Assembly: GCF_000981445.1 (NCBI RefSeq)
Contig: NC_027218.1
Span: 186,001 to 250,000, forward strand
DNA: 64,000 nt
DNA from: Babesia bigemina
Taxonomy: Eukaryota
Direction: 5' to 3'
A model generated the notes under the pieces. The model had not been told where the DNA came from. It worked only from the letters and a program-made list of their open reading frames with translations, and made no database searches. This document shows, piece after piece, positions 22,761-38,345 of this stretch; the first letter of the stretch is position 1, and every line of letters starts with the position of its first letter. The translations under genes were made by a program, and so were the position numbers.

Positions 22761-25650
22761 ACGACAAAGCAGCAGGGGCTCGGGACTTTGCCGACAAGGG
22801 TTTATGATTCCGGGCAGACGGAATGCCATCAACATCGTGGAGGAGTAAACTAACACAGCTTCGTGGGAACGGGTAAGCGGTTCAGTTGCTGATTGACCGT
22901 CACATTTGAGCAGATTTGCTGGCCCAACAAGTTTCGGCAACCTGCGCCAGTGGGTGACGCGCTAGATTTGCAATGGAGAAACTCAGGTCAGTACATGCGC
23001 GACATAGTACACAGTTGCCAACGTAGACAACCGAGATTGCGGAATACCCAATGTTAGCTCATAGGCCCTCATGCACATGGGCAGCACCTGTTGGCTGTTG
23101 CCTTCGACAAAATAGACCAAGAAGTACAGTGCTTGTCCCAATCGACCGTACGAACCTTTTCGAAATGGCGCTGCATTTACTGATTGCGGTTGTGCCATAT
23201 TCGATCTATGACTACACTAGTAAACGTTTAACAATGTTTGATGGTGGTAGCTCACAATAAACTCATAAGAACAGATCGATAAAAAGCAGGCATCATATAG
23301 TGCAATACTTCAAGGCACTCCTTGCGACCAAACTATACCAAATTAGGCCACACAACTCCTGTCTCATTTTTGCAATGATATAAATACTAAATAAGGAGGG
23401 CATCTTATATATAATTCGTTTCACCCTTAGAATGATGGGCTTGCTAATATAGCAGAAAATGGCGACAATCAATCAGACAACGCCTTCATCTTCAATTAGT
23501 ATGATGTAGGCAGTTGTATTTACAAATGAATGTTCGTAGAGTGTATTCAATCCCATCGGTTCAACGTCAGCTGATTGCCTTTGACGGCCTTCAGTAGGTG
23601 TTTCAAGTTGTTTAGCGCACTACGTGGTTGCTTTTTGCTAGTTTCGCCTTCTGAACGCCTTAGTAGCACATAAACTACACTCCAGCGGCATTTATTGCAG
23701 GTGAATACTGCAATGTTATCCAACATATTTCGTGTCATTCATGGCACCTATCCTGTATGGGTACGATACCGATTCACCACCGCAGTAATATCCATGCTTC
23801 ACGTCCCTCATCATGCTTGATACTACTTTGAAGTGTGTGATTTACTTTTTCCGTCACCTTTTCATCTCCACTATCTATTCATACCTCCTCTTCTCTAATC
23901 TCGGTCTGCGCCAGGTGATATTGATTTGTCATTCTTCTTTCTATGATGATGATAGTCTTCACGCAAAAACAATATAAATCCCTGAGAGTATGCTTAGAGG
24001 TCTCCCTTGCGGAAGTTTACAATGCCCATGGGATAACTCCGATATAGTAGTTGATTGCTCTCAGAGCGTAGTGGTTAATGACCCTCACAAGCATTGCAGA
24101 TGAGATGTATCGCTTAATCATAAGCTTAGATATTAGCTGTATTTCGCAAGATGCAGTCATTGATGATGGATCATTTGATGAACAAATTATTTGCCTGCTG
24201 GGGTGGGGGTGATGTCATCAATGACCTACGGCAAATGGGAGTTGTCAATATAGTCACGAAGTTTACACAGGTCTACTCGCTATATAAAGTACATACTAGC
24301 AGTTAAATACAGTAATGGCGGAATTGCATACGTTAGACGCACAGGTAACGTGCATTGCGTATGTGGCGTGCTGTCTTCGGCAAAAATGCAAAAAGGGGCT
24401 ACAACTTTGTAGAACCAACTCAACTTGCTGGCGGTTTGGCCTGTTACGCTTTATCTAAAACAACCACTTCATTCAGCTGTTGAAGTCGCTGTCATCATTA
24501 ACTACAATAGTGCGTGAATATGAATGTAGAAAATCACGAGCCCTAGTGTAGATGACGCAAACAGTCATATCTAGTTCAACTGCTTAACCGTAAGATCAAA
24601 ATATTGGTCACAGGTTGAGAACAGTTTAAGATGCCGTGGATGTAATGTAGGCCGCCCACGTATATGCTACGACGGCAGGGACCAGCCCACTGAACGGCCG
24701 ATGAAAGATGTATTGCAATCTAGTTATTGACAACAACCGCAACCGTCACAAATATAGCTTTCGGCGGCAGATAACTCAATTCGCAATTGAAACGAATTGC
24801 GTATGAGAAGTCAAGCAATTAAAGACGGTTCTTCCAAACTGTATGCAGTGCATAACGATACCCGCTAATCTGATATATGTAAACCAGTGCCACCCAATTA
24901 ATGACACTAAGCTGCTAAAAGGACGCATGAAGCCTAAGCACTGAGATCACAAATAAACATGTCAAAGCGTGGACCAGCAGCAATAGTGTGTGTAGTATTT
25001 TTGATGTTTAAAACCCCTTATATTAGTGCAAAACATATCGTGTTGACACCACTGGCTGCGTTAAGCGTCGAATTAAAACCTTTAAAGGGTAATATAACAA
25101 AAGGCATTAAACACCGCGTCGCGACGGTAGAATTTGTTAAATCAATCCTTATCTTTAACATATCTGTCGAGCACGGCGACGCTTCTTAGAAAAATCAACG
25201 ACACGACTATGTTACTGGGAAAAACTGACGCGCCAAAATGATCGAAAATGGACTTGCGCAGACAAATTGAGGATCAAAACAACCAATAATAGTAAAATTT
25301 TAATTGTATCAATCGCTATGATAAATATCTGGACGTGAAACATAGAATCTTTGTCGAAATTTTATCAATGCATCAGGTGCATATCGGTGGTGCGCACGTC
25401 CGCACGTCAGACTGCTGCGTAGAAGCCCGAAACGGATGCCGCTTTGTTAACCATAATTTACGCGTTTCCGCTGGAAAAATCACTGTTTTGAACTGTGATA
25501 GGCCCGGTAGAGTCGACGTCCATCATCGGCGTTTTGCGTTATGCATTCTGTCGTGTTCCAGTGTACGCAATAAAACGACAAATCCGCTTATTACTGAGCA
25601 TAGGCATTAATGACCAATTAATTATTTTATGATTGAACTGTGTTACGCGG

Positions 25651-27539
25651 ATGTCGACTCATTCTTCTCAGGTTGCGCAGCTCTCGGAGCAACAGGGTAC
25701 GTCGAGACCCTGTAATGGCGGTGTATCCGTCCCACTGATGAAATCCTGCTGCGTCCCAGGAGATGGAACTGTTCCTATTACGATCCCGGTTTACAGCCCG
25801 TTTTACCAGGGAACTCAGCTCCTCTCGGGTTCGGCGGGTATTATCCCTCAACAGCAATATGTGTTCGCTTCGCCGACTGGCATGAACAAGGTTGTATGCC
25901 ATGGACAAGCCGTGCCGCAGCAACAGCCGTTGTACCAAATCCAAACGGACGTCTTCACGAATCAGCAACAGCAAAATGTTAATGCCGATGAGCCAATAAA
26001 TGTCACGCATTACATTTGGAAGCAAACGGAGGAACAAACCCGTCCAATCAAGCATCAGGGCACGTTTGCTAAGCTGAGGACGCTTTTCAACTGGCAGGAT
26101 TCGAATTCTGTGTTTGGTGATGAAACGCAAAATGAGCAGGCGGCAAAGGTGTCTGATGAGCTTGGAAGCCAGCAAGGTGGTGACAACGAGCAAGTGCAGA
26201 AGATCAAGAAGCAACAGCCATCCGGTTTCTTCAATTCGTGCTGTATGAACGTTGCACAGCTTCCCACTTTTGAAAACTGTGCCAGCAGTGTCTGCAACAT
26301 TAACAGGTATTGCAAGCTCAATACTGTACAAGGTGAAGAAGAGTGTGTCGATGAGAAGGCGAATACTACCAGGGAAAATTCAATTACGAGCGTGAACAGT
26401 TTGACGGGAAAACAAGCCGAAACTATTGTGTCACAGCAGAGCTCGGAGTCCCAGCATACGGTTGTCGCACAGGAGAACACGAACTTGCAGAACGCTTTTC
26501 AGCAGTGCGCCAATAGGTCCGTTCCCGAATCGTTCCAACAGGCAAGCATCCACTCGCAACACGGAATGATTCCACAATCTAGCATTTGCTCCAACCATGA
26601 TCTGGTCAACCATGTGGTGGTCTCGCCGTTGAACGCTCTCTCGCAGCAACCGTCAATTCAGGTCGGAGGATCTAATGCAAGCAGCATTCCTTCCGTTCGC
26701 CGTGCGAGCTTTGTGGACAACACGTAGGTCTACGGTTTTTAGTGAATATACTTTACTATAGGCAAACTCCTTTCTGCTTCAACATGTGTTACCCGAGAAC
26801 CGTATCCAACCAGTTCGAATCTGTTGTACCGGTGAACTCCTTCCAGAACCCGCCCTCCATTCCGGTGAACAATGCTGCAGTAGGATGCTTTGGTATGTGC
26901 TGCGGTGGTGCCGCCAATAACTTCACAACCCTGGCCAGCCAAGGAACTATGGGTCTACGCAACTTGTTTACCATGAACCCGGTCTCTCAGAGGAGCATTA
27001 TCTCCAACCAAAGTGTGCCGGTGGAGCAACTTTCAAGACAGATGTCTGCAATGAGCGTGAATCCTACGCAGGAGGTTGTTTCAGATATTGCGCAAGAGCA
27101 AATTTTGATCAACGACACCGTGGTTGTAGACAGAAATGGAAGGAACGTGAGGAAGTCTGCCATGAAACCCAAGACCTTCAAGCTGCATGCTATCGAAATC
27201 CATCAGTTCGTTCCCATTCAGAACAACGCTGTTTCGCCATTCGTAGAGACCCTCTCCGGTATGAATCAGGCTGGTACTCCCATATTCCACCACGGTTACG
27301 GAATTCAGCACCCCAATTCTTTCTTCAACCCTAACACGACTGGCCACATCGCCCCGGTAATCAAGGACGTGATGCAAGGCGTAACAAATCCCAAGATTCC
27401 CCACATGTACTCTGTGGATTCCAGCCACTCGTGCCAAGCCGTTAGACTGCCTACTGAGGAGTCTCAGGTGACGCCGAGGGAGGAGGTAAATGAAGCTCCG
27501 GTTGAGCAGGAGCAAGCAGGCGAATCCCAGAGGGAATAA
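25651..27539 (+). CDS. Gln/Ser/Val-rich hypothetical protein with Cys-Cys motifs; intron 26724-26761
   Basis: Two long ORFs joined in frame by a 38-nt GTAGGT..TATAG intron. Confidence 0.8.
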
Positions 27540-27567
27540 AGAAAGTCTGAAGAGTTGCAATTGTGTA

Positions 27568-30407
<2,840 letters not shown>

Positions 30408-32683
30408 ATACCGGAGTCTTATCAGTACTTCACAGCCACGAATTCATAGCTGATAACATTTTGTACCATTTAACAAACTTCAGCAACACGGCAAGGCTGT
30501 GTTCAATGGCCTTATGAGTGCCGTAGATAGCACAAACCGAACAAAGCTCTGGTACCCAGCACAAACGATTATGCGATTTCAGACGGCGCAGATGTGATAA
30601 GGCAACAGATATTTGATATTTATTATAGAAACAATGAGATGTGTGAAGGGCGGCAACGCGTATGTGATTTCTCAGCAGTTGTCACGAATGTCACGTCGTT
30701 GGATTCCTCGGTGTTAAATTTGCATCGACTACGCCAACGTCCATCCGTCAAAACACATAAACTGGAAGGCCGAAATTCACCATGGACACGATGTACTAAT
30801 CTCCGAGTTCTGTTCGTCAGGTGCAATATCTCAGGAAATGAAGAAGTGGTCTGTCGTATTCTATAACAGAGAATTAACACACATGTTTCTTATTTTGCGA
30901 CTATCTGTGTTGAATAATGGCAAAGCATCTATGATAAAGCAATTGCGCCAAAGGCACTGCTGAATGCACCGCCCCCAACTGAAGTGATGTATCCGCTTTC
31001 CACTAGTTGTGAAATTATAAGTTAAGCGTGGCACTGCCCATATGATTCGCTTTCCGACATATACCACATGTGTATGGATGCGGTTGCTAACTAAATGCTC
31101 AAAATGAACTATAAATTTTTTTTTGAGCTATATGCGTAAGCTCGGCCTGAATGCCCGTTTCCTATTACGCTGACTGTGCCACCATGCCATTCGACATGAA
31201 CAGTGATATTATCGACGATTAATTTCACGAAAACAAGCAAATACGAAAGGTATTGTGATAGAAAGTGTATAATTTCACGCGACAGCTGATGCCTTGCATT
31301 CCATTGGGTCAACTCTGCGCTCACCAACGTAAAGTAAAACCAAAGAGGCGGAGGTGGGGGAAACCGATGCACCTCCAAAAAGCGCATTGCTGGACCATGT
31401 TGACAAAGGGAAGGTTCATGTAATATACCTGATCAACTTTCGCTGAAACCGTCAACTTGACTATGTGCTGCAACACGCCACCAATAATAGCGCGCATAGT
31501 TTGGATACGCAGCACTTTTCCCCAGTAACCAATGAGATGCTAACAAATCAAGCGCTATGAACTCGAAGCAATAGAAACCCAGTTTCCAAGTAACCGGAAC
31601 ACAGCTGTTGACGCCAAATCACATTGCTCCACATTTCGCGGAAACAGGAGATGCCTAACATCAAAAATGCATTATACTCGATGACATTTTGGACAATCCG
31701 TACACGGGAACTTTGACAACACTATCGTCGTTCGGCGACCGTAATTGCGCCAAGCGCCGCCGTCGCGGCGAAAGGTGGTACGTGAGATTGCATAGTGCGT
31801 AGATCACACAACGATAAACAGGCCTCTGCCATCAACTGGTAATAGAAGAGGTGCACATAAAGCGATGACACATTTCTTTCGGTATACATGATCCGGTGAA
31901 GCAACCATGCTCCACAAAGAATCTGTATATAGAGGTTGAGATCACATATCAATACAAAACAGATGAAAGATTCCGCATTGTAAACCACAAACGCGAGTAA
32001 CCAAACGTCTATATCGTTTCAGCGTATCGTGATGCGTCTGGATGGCCGCGCGATCGTGTAGGATTAGATACGACGCCCTCGATACGGCGAAACCAGTACG
32101 GAACACCTTACGTGTATCGAATGACAATATAGATAATAATTTTCAGTGTAATAGGCAATTCCGGTGGTAACTTGGCCCCCTGTCGCTGTGTTTGCTGATG
32201 CAAACATTCCACAGCCCCACGGCTCAGGTGTAACCAGGCTACCACATGTACTATTTCTGTGGTACTTCATACGGTCTCTCCTTACATTGAATATTAGAAT
32301 CACCAATTAGTGGTTCTGTTTTTGCATATACGGTTACAGGTAAGTGAGAATGTCCATCATCTCCCATGCACTGAAATCGGCCATGTGTACGTGTGGTCTC
32401 TATTTACTGATTGCACTTTTGAGGTTGTTTGCGGCTGGTTATAATTGCCAATTGTTCTTTCGCGCTCTTGCACTGGCGGCATAGGCGGGGTGCAGTATAT
32501 GCCGGTGATTAGAGACAGCGCAAGCTCGCACGTATGTGATGACCTGCTCCACGTGATCCCTATGCGTGCCCTAGCGACGTGTTTGAATCGTCGTGCACGC
32601 TATTGAGGTGTTATATATTTGTGGAGTTCTATTGCATGCCATTTGATTCAGTTCATAATTCGCAGGACTAAAATTTTTGCAAG

Positions 32684-33814
32684 ATGTCTGACGAAGAGCC
32701 TACTGCGTTGGTTATCGACAATGGTTCCGGTAACGTGAAGGCTGGTGTCGCTGGTGATGATGCTCCTCGCTGTGTTTTCCCGAGCATCGTGGGTCGCCCT
32801 AAGAACCCGGCGCTCATGGTCGGTATGGACGAGAAGGACACCTACGTCGGAGATGAAGCTCAGGCCAAGCGTGGTATCCTCACCCTCAAGTACCCCATTG
32901 AGCACGGTATTGTGACCAACTGGGAAGACATGGAGAAGATCTGGCATCACACCTTCTACAACGAGCTCCGCATTGCACCTGAAGAGCACCCTGTTCTTTT
33001 GACCGAGGCCCCCATGAACCCCAAGGCCAACCGTGAAAAGATGACCACTATCATGTTCGAGACCCACAACGTTCCCGCCATGTACGTCGCCATCCAGGCC
33101 GTCCTTTCCCTGTACTCTTCCGGTCGTACCACTGGTATTGTGCTTGACTCCGGTGACGGTGTCACTCACACCGTCCCCATCTACGAGGGTTACGCTCTCC
33201 CCCACGCCATCATGCGTCTCGACTTGGCTGGACGTGACCTTACGGAGTTCATGCAGAAGATCTTGGCTGAGCGTGGATTTGCCTTCACCACCACCGCCGA
33301 GAAGGAAATTGTGCGTGACATCAAGGAGAAGCTTTGCTACATTGCTCTTGACTTCGAGGAGGAAATGAACTCTGCCGCTTCCTCCAGCGAGATCGAGAAG
33401 TCGTACGAGCTTCCTGACGGCAACATCATCACTGTCGGCAACGAGCGTTTCAGGTGCCCTGAGGTCCTCTTCCAGCCGTCCTTCATCGGCCAGGAGGCTG
33501 CCGGTATTCACACCACAACCTTCAACTCCATTGCCCGCTGTGACGTCGACATCCGCAAGGACCTTTACGCCAACGTGGTCCTTTCCGGAGGTACTACCAT
33601 GTACGAGGGTATTGGCCAGCGTATGACCAAGGAGTTGAACGCCCTCGTTCCCAGCACCATGAAAATCAAGGTCGTTGCGCCACCGGAGAGAAAATACTCC
33701 GTGTGGATCGGTGGATCCATCCTTTCTTCCCTTTCCACCTTCCAGCAGATGTGGATCACCAAGGAGGAGTTCGACGAGTCCGGTCCTAACATTGTCCACA
33801 GGAAGTGCTTCTAA
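32684..33814 (+). CDS. ACT1: Actin (actin I), intronless CDS
   Basis: Canonical 376-aa actin, from [10 protein letters not shown] to IVHRKCF. Confidence 0.99.
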   Translation: MSDEEPTALVIDNGSGNVKAGVAGDDAPRCVFPSIVGRPKNPALMVGMDEKDTYVGDEAQAKRGILTLKYPIEHGIVTNWEDMEKIWHHTFYNELRIAPEEHPVLLTEAPMNPKANREKMTTIMFETHNVPAMYVAIQAVLSLYSSGRTTGIVLDSGDGVTHTVPIYEGYALPHAIMRLDLAGRDLTEFMQKILAERGFAFTTTAEKEIVRDIKEKLCYIALDFEEEMNSAASSSEIEKSYELPDGNIITVGNERFRCPEVLFQPSFIGQEAAGIHTTTFNSIARCDVDIRKDLYANVVLSGGTTMYEGIGQRMTKELNALVPSTMKIKVVAPPERKYSVWIGGSILSSLSTFQQMWITKEEFDESGPNIVHRKCF

Positions 33815-33914
33815 AACAGAACAACCGATTTGTGTTAAATGTGTCAATGTCATAGTTAGTTGAAAAATTAATTGCGTTAGTTGCGATCGGTGTTGCCAGG
33901 CGGCTGGTGGCAGT

Positions 33915-35580
33915 CTATGTCTTCAGCAGGTATTTTACAGAGTTCGCCAGCAGTGGGAAAATGAACGGGAATGCGTCGCACATCACCGATGCGAAGCCGT
34001 GCTCCGTAGACACGAAGTCCTTTGCGTACGTTTCGTCGTCACCCATGGCCTCAAGTGATTGCTTGAACGCTGTCCTGGCCAAGGCCAAAGCCTCAATATC
34101 CTTTATTGCCTTCCCATCGCAGGAGCCGCTGAGGAGGCAGCTTAGTGCCGCATGTGATTCCTAAATACTATTTACACAATTCGACAGGTAGCACGTACCT
34201 TAACGCTGTTTGCCGCTGCAGGGGAAACTCTTGTCATGAAGCTAATTGCTGACAACGGCTTCACAACTTTTTGAAGCGTGTCAACAGCCGCCTTCACATA
34301 GAGGTTGTAGAGTGAGGTTGCGATTTTTGGCACTTCGAAGCCATAAAAGGCTACAAGTCCTGGGGCGTGCGTCCTGACGCTGAAGGTGAGGCGCGGCGAT
34401 TCAACCACGTAGTGACCGTCTTCCACAACCGTGATAGCTTCATCACCTTGCATAGTATCGGCGACCATTTCCGTTAAACTTGGTGGTAAATTGTGTAGCT
34501 TCCTTATATACGTGACCCACGACGCCGTTAGGGACCGGATATCATCGCCCGTCAGCTCATACCCCGCGGAACGATCACCTGCGGGATCGAGCAGCGAAAT
34601 TACACCCAGGCCCTTTAACATGACAGATTCAGTTTCTCGTTTAAGGGCGCGATCGTAGAAGCGGAGCATTTTGTGAGGTGCGTGACAGACGAATGCGATA
34701 GAATGGCGATAAATTGAAGAATCTCTCGTTGGCACTTCCACGGTCGTAATGCGTTCGATGAAGTGGAAGAATTCCACATCTTGCTCCTGCAGGTCAACGA
34801 TGTGCTCGCCTTTGAGCTTCATGACGCCTGTAAGGTTAGCGCCGGAAACAACACGGCTGTGGATGCTGATGTCGTAGAACAACGACATGACGTTGGCTAT
34901 GGGATGAAAATACGGGTTGATGACATCCTCCTTTACATTCCAGCCTATCTTGCAGTCGTCGCTAGTTAGGACGAGATTCAAATCCAGCAATGGTGTCATG
35001 TTTGTCGACGGCATCCCTTCATAACTAAAAACGATGCTGTGGGTAAGATCGTAGATCCTTCTCCCCGTGTACAACGATCCAAATGCGGAGCTTGTGAGCG
35101 TGAACACCAAGGTTTTACCTCCATGCACAACCATTTCGAAGTCCCCTTTAAAGGGGGGTTCGGCGACGTACTTCAAAACAACTGTAAAGGGCCCTGAAAT
35201 GTCCAGCATATCTGCAACGAATTAGTTTTACACAACAGACTGGACTGCGTACCATTGAAAGATTCAACTATTGCTGCATCCCCCGCGACTTTGCCGAAGT
35301 GCTCGTAACGGGCGAGGTCTAGCATTTCGGAAGATACGCCAGCTGCATCCAAACGTCGATAAAGCGCATCTGCCATTTTCCTCATTGCGGCCTGACCGCT
35401 GTCTTCGTAGAATATCTGACATCGTCGCACGAACGGCGCGGGAGACTTTCCTACAAAATCATCGACGTTGTAGCGCGTAAGAGAGACGCGGCCTCCACGA
35501 ACGATGTAGTAATACACCGAATAAAATGCGGTCAGTACTGCGCCGAAGTATAACAACAGAAGCCGCTGCTGAGCTCTCAT
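33915..35580 (-). CDS. PIGS: GPI transamidase subunit PIG-S-like; introns 35212-35252 and 34161-34198
   Basis: N-terminal TM, luminal W.V...INPYF..I..SRVV segment, and spliced C-terminus ARTAFKQSLEAMGDD..EHGFASVMCDAFPFIFPLL ending in a TM. This is the PIG-S two-TM topology. Confidence 0.7.
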
Positions 35581-36029
35581 GTTGGTACGATCAACAAAAC
35601 TTTACTACCAGGCCATGGCAGACACACCTACACATCTACACATACAACTGTTGCAACACACTTCCTATAAGTCTACATCAATGAAGTTAATTAGAGTATA
35701 CGGTAATTGGCGTCTCTGTAAATATAATGTTCTCCGGACAATATAAATTAGCCACACCTGCAGACAGACGACGTCGACCCGCGTCATTCTTCACGATTGT
35801 GTTAACCCGTAATATACGTTGTCCGACATCAACTCAAATTGGAGGTGACGTATTGAGTACACAAAATTGAACATCATTCGTAGGATTCTACGTATTCCAC
35901 GTAGCCTTCCTTTCACAGCAGTGAGTCTGCTATCGGCAGGTCGCGCTAAGCTCGGGAGAATTCGGAACAACCAAAGCGAGACAACAAATCGCATTATAAA
36001 TCTGCAGGAGCATTCAACCGGATTTCAAA

Positions 36030-37532
36030 ATGTCTAACTCAATAGACTTGACCGGCGACGCCGGTGTTGTCAAAACAATTCTACAAGAAGCACAGTCCGA
36101 TGACTTGTGGGTTTGACCGTTTCCAATATACGTTTAACATTTCAACAGGCCAGAAAACGGCCACGAAGTCGAGGTGCATTACACTGGCAAGCTGGAATCT
36201 GGGATTGAATTCGATTCTTCCCGTAAGTATTTAATTCGAATTCCGTCATGATGGAATAATACAGATCGGCGCAGTTCTACATTCAAGTTTGTGTTGGGAG
36301 AGGGAAGCGTTATCAAAGGATGGGATGTGGGTGTAGCATCAATGAAAATTGGTGAAAAGTCTCTTTTCGTAATACAGCCTGAATATGGTTACGGAGATGC
36401 CGGTGCTGGATCAACAATACCACCAAAAGCAGTCCTACACGTGAGTCATACCTAAAATATGTTCCATAGCCTGTAGTTTGAAATTGAGCTCATCAACTCG
36501 CGCCCCAAGCCCAAAGATTGTAATGACATGACCACTGACGAAAGGATCCAGGAGGCTGCCAACTGTAAGGCTTTGGGGAACAGCCACTTTTTGAAGGGGA
36601 AATACAGGGCAGCCATTGACATGTACGATGATGCGTTGCGCTATCTTTCGGAAAGGGATGAGTGGTCCGAGGAGGCGGTTAAGGTTTCCGATGTGACCAA
36701 GCTGCAGTGCCACCTGAATCTGGCCAATTGTTTCCTGAAGACCGAAGAATACAACCGAGCGGAATACAACGCCACGGCAGCACTGGCTATTGAGCCGGAA
36801 AACGTCAAGGGGTTGTATCGCCGCGCGTTGGCACGAACAAAAATGGGATCGTTCGGCGAAGCACTTATCGACCTTACTCAGATTCTCAAGCGAGACAGCA
36901 AAAATGCCGACGCGGTGAATCTTTACAAGATAGCAAAGGTCAAACATCAGGAGCAGAATGAGCGATCGAAAAAGCAATACCAGAGCATATTTAAAAACAT
37001 TACGTTGTATACCGAAAAATCTGGGATACGAAACCTGGACACGATGCCCAAGGTGTATTTGGACCTTGCGTTCGGCGATGAGCGCCGGCGACTCGTTATT
37101 GCGCTGTTTGAGGACACCGTGCCTCGAACCGCTAAGAACTTCAAGCAGCTGTGCGATGAGAACTCGGAGATTAACTACAAGGGCAACAAGTTCCACCGCC
37201 TAATCAAAGGTTTTATGATACAGGGTGGAGATGTGACGAAAGGTGACGGCACAGGAGGGATGAGCATCTATGGCGAACAGTTTGACGACGAGGCTTTTGT
37301 GGACCATCACACAGAACGCGGCCTGCTGAGCATGGCAAACTGCGGACCAAACACAAACAACTCACAGTTCTTCATTACATTCCGCGCCACACCGCACTTG
37401 AATGGCAAGCATGTAGTGTTCGGTAAAGTGGTGGAAGGAGAGGAAGCGCTCGACCTACTGGAGGAATTGGAAACTGGGCCAAACGATTGCCCCAAAGTTG
37501 ACATTACAATCGAGCATTGCGGCACGTTGTAG
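36030..37532 (+). CDS. FCBP: Dual-family immunophilin FKBP-TPR-cyclophilin (FCBP); introns 36107-36148, 36223-36264, 36441-36476
   Basis: Spliced 5' exons give [37 protein letters not shown] (FKBP). Three TPRs follow, then [39 protein letters not shown] (cyclophilin). Confidence 0.95.
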
Positions 37533-37614
37533 ATGCCGATGAGACCTTTTCTATATCCATGAAACCGTACTGCATTGGATCTACCTTAGATTTAGTCAGC
37601 TTTAGTGTACCTTG

Positions 37615-38299
37615 TCACTCTCTAGAAGATGTATATTGCTTGCTGAGGTCGGGTTCCAACGTAAAGTTGGTATCGAGCCTGCCAAGCTTCAAGATAGCTT
37701 GCTTTTTGCCCGCAATAGGCACTATAACCATGTGTCCGTGTGACCACGCGGTGGATACGTGAATGCCGAGTACATCACCAGGTTGCAGCAACCACTTCAG
37801 AGATTCTTCGTTTTTGTCCTCACTCCATCCGCTCCAGTCTGAGTCTTCTGCGAATTCCGACCCGATATTTCGAAGTTCGCCACGGACAAAGTTCATTGTC
37901 ACACCCTCTGACTCCTTGACGGTGAACCCCTGACCAGCTCCCCTAAGTGCCCTGCTTCCACCGTCATTCTGCCAAATATTATCAACAGTAAGCACAACTG
38001 ACTGATGGGAAAACGACTTGGTCGATAAGCTCTGCGTTGTGCCCAGCAGAGACACTAAGTGTGTTGAAGTTCTTGCTCACCAGATCCTGAAGGATTCCGT
38101 GAGGCACTGCAAGTTCTACCGAAGCAGTAGTATCAGCAAAGCGATAGTGATACCGGTGATCACGTATATGCGTCGCACTTTGGGGAGGATCGTCCAAAAG
38201 CTCAACGACAACGCCTTTAACAGCGGCACGCCGCGTACCGGGCCGAATATCGGCCAAAGGAACGAATTTTATGTCAACATCATTAAACGCATCACACAT
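37615..38299 (-). CDS. OB-fold ssDNA-binding protein (SOSS-B/NABP-like), two exons
   Basis: FVPLADIRPG..VKGVVVE..FADTTASVEL, then LQPGDVLGI..LKLG..FTLEPDLS. Donor at 38080; in-frame acceptors at 38032 or 38002. Confidence 0.7.
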
Positions 38300-38345
38300 T
38301 GCGATTAAAAATTGTTCTACGCCACATACTACGTTATGTGTCCCA

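Noticed and set aside
22244..22940. ORFs overlapping the purine-rich tract
   Set aside because: Low-complexity artefacts of base skew.
22800..25600. Short ORFs and possible decayed coding DNA in the long intergenic region
   Set aside because: Frequent stops, no motifs, no consistent exon chain, and no transposon termini seen.
31726..31772. GC-rich mini-hairpins upstream of actin
   Set aside because: Only 5-bp stems, expected by chance.
32648..33853. 401-aa antisense ORF over actin
   Set aside because: A shadow ORF produced by actin's strong codon bias.
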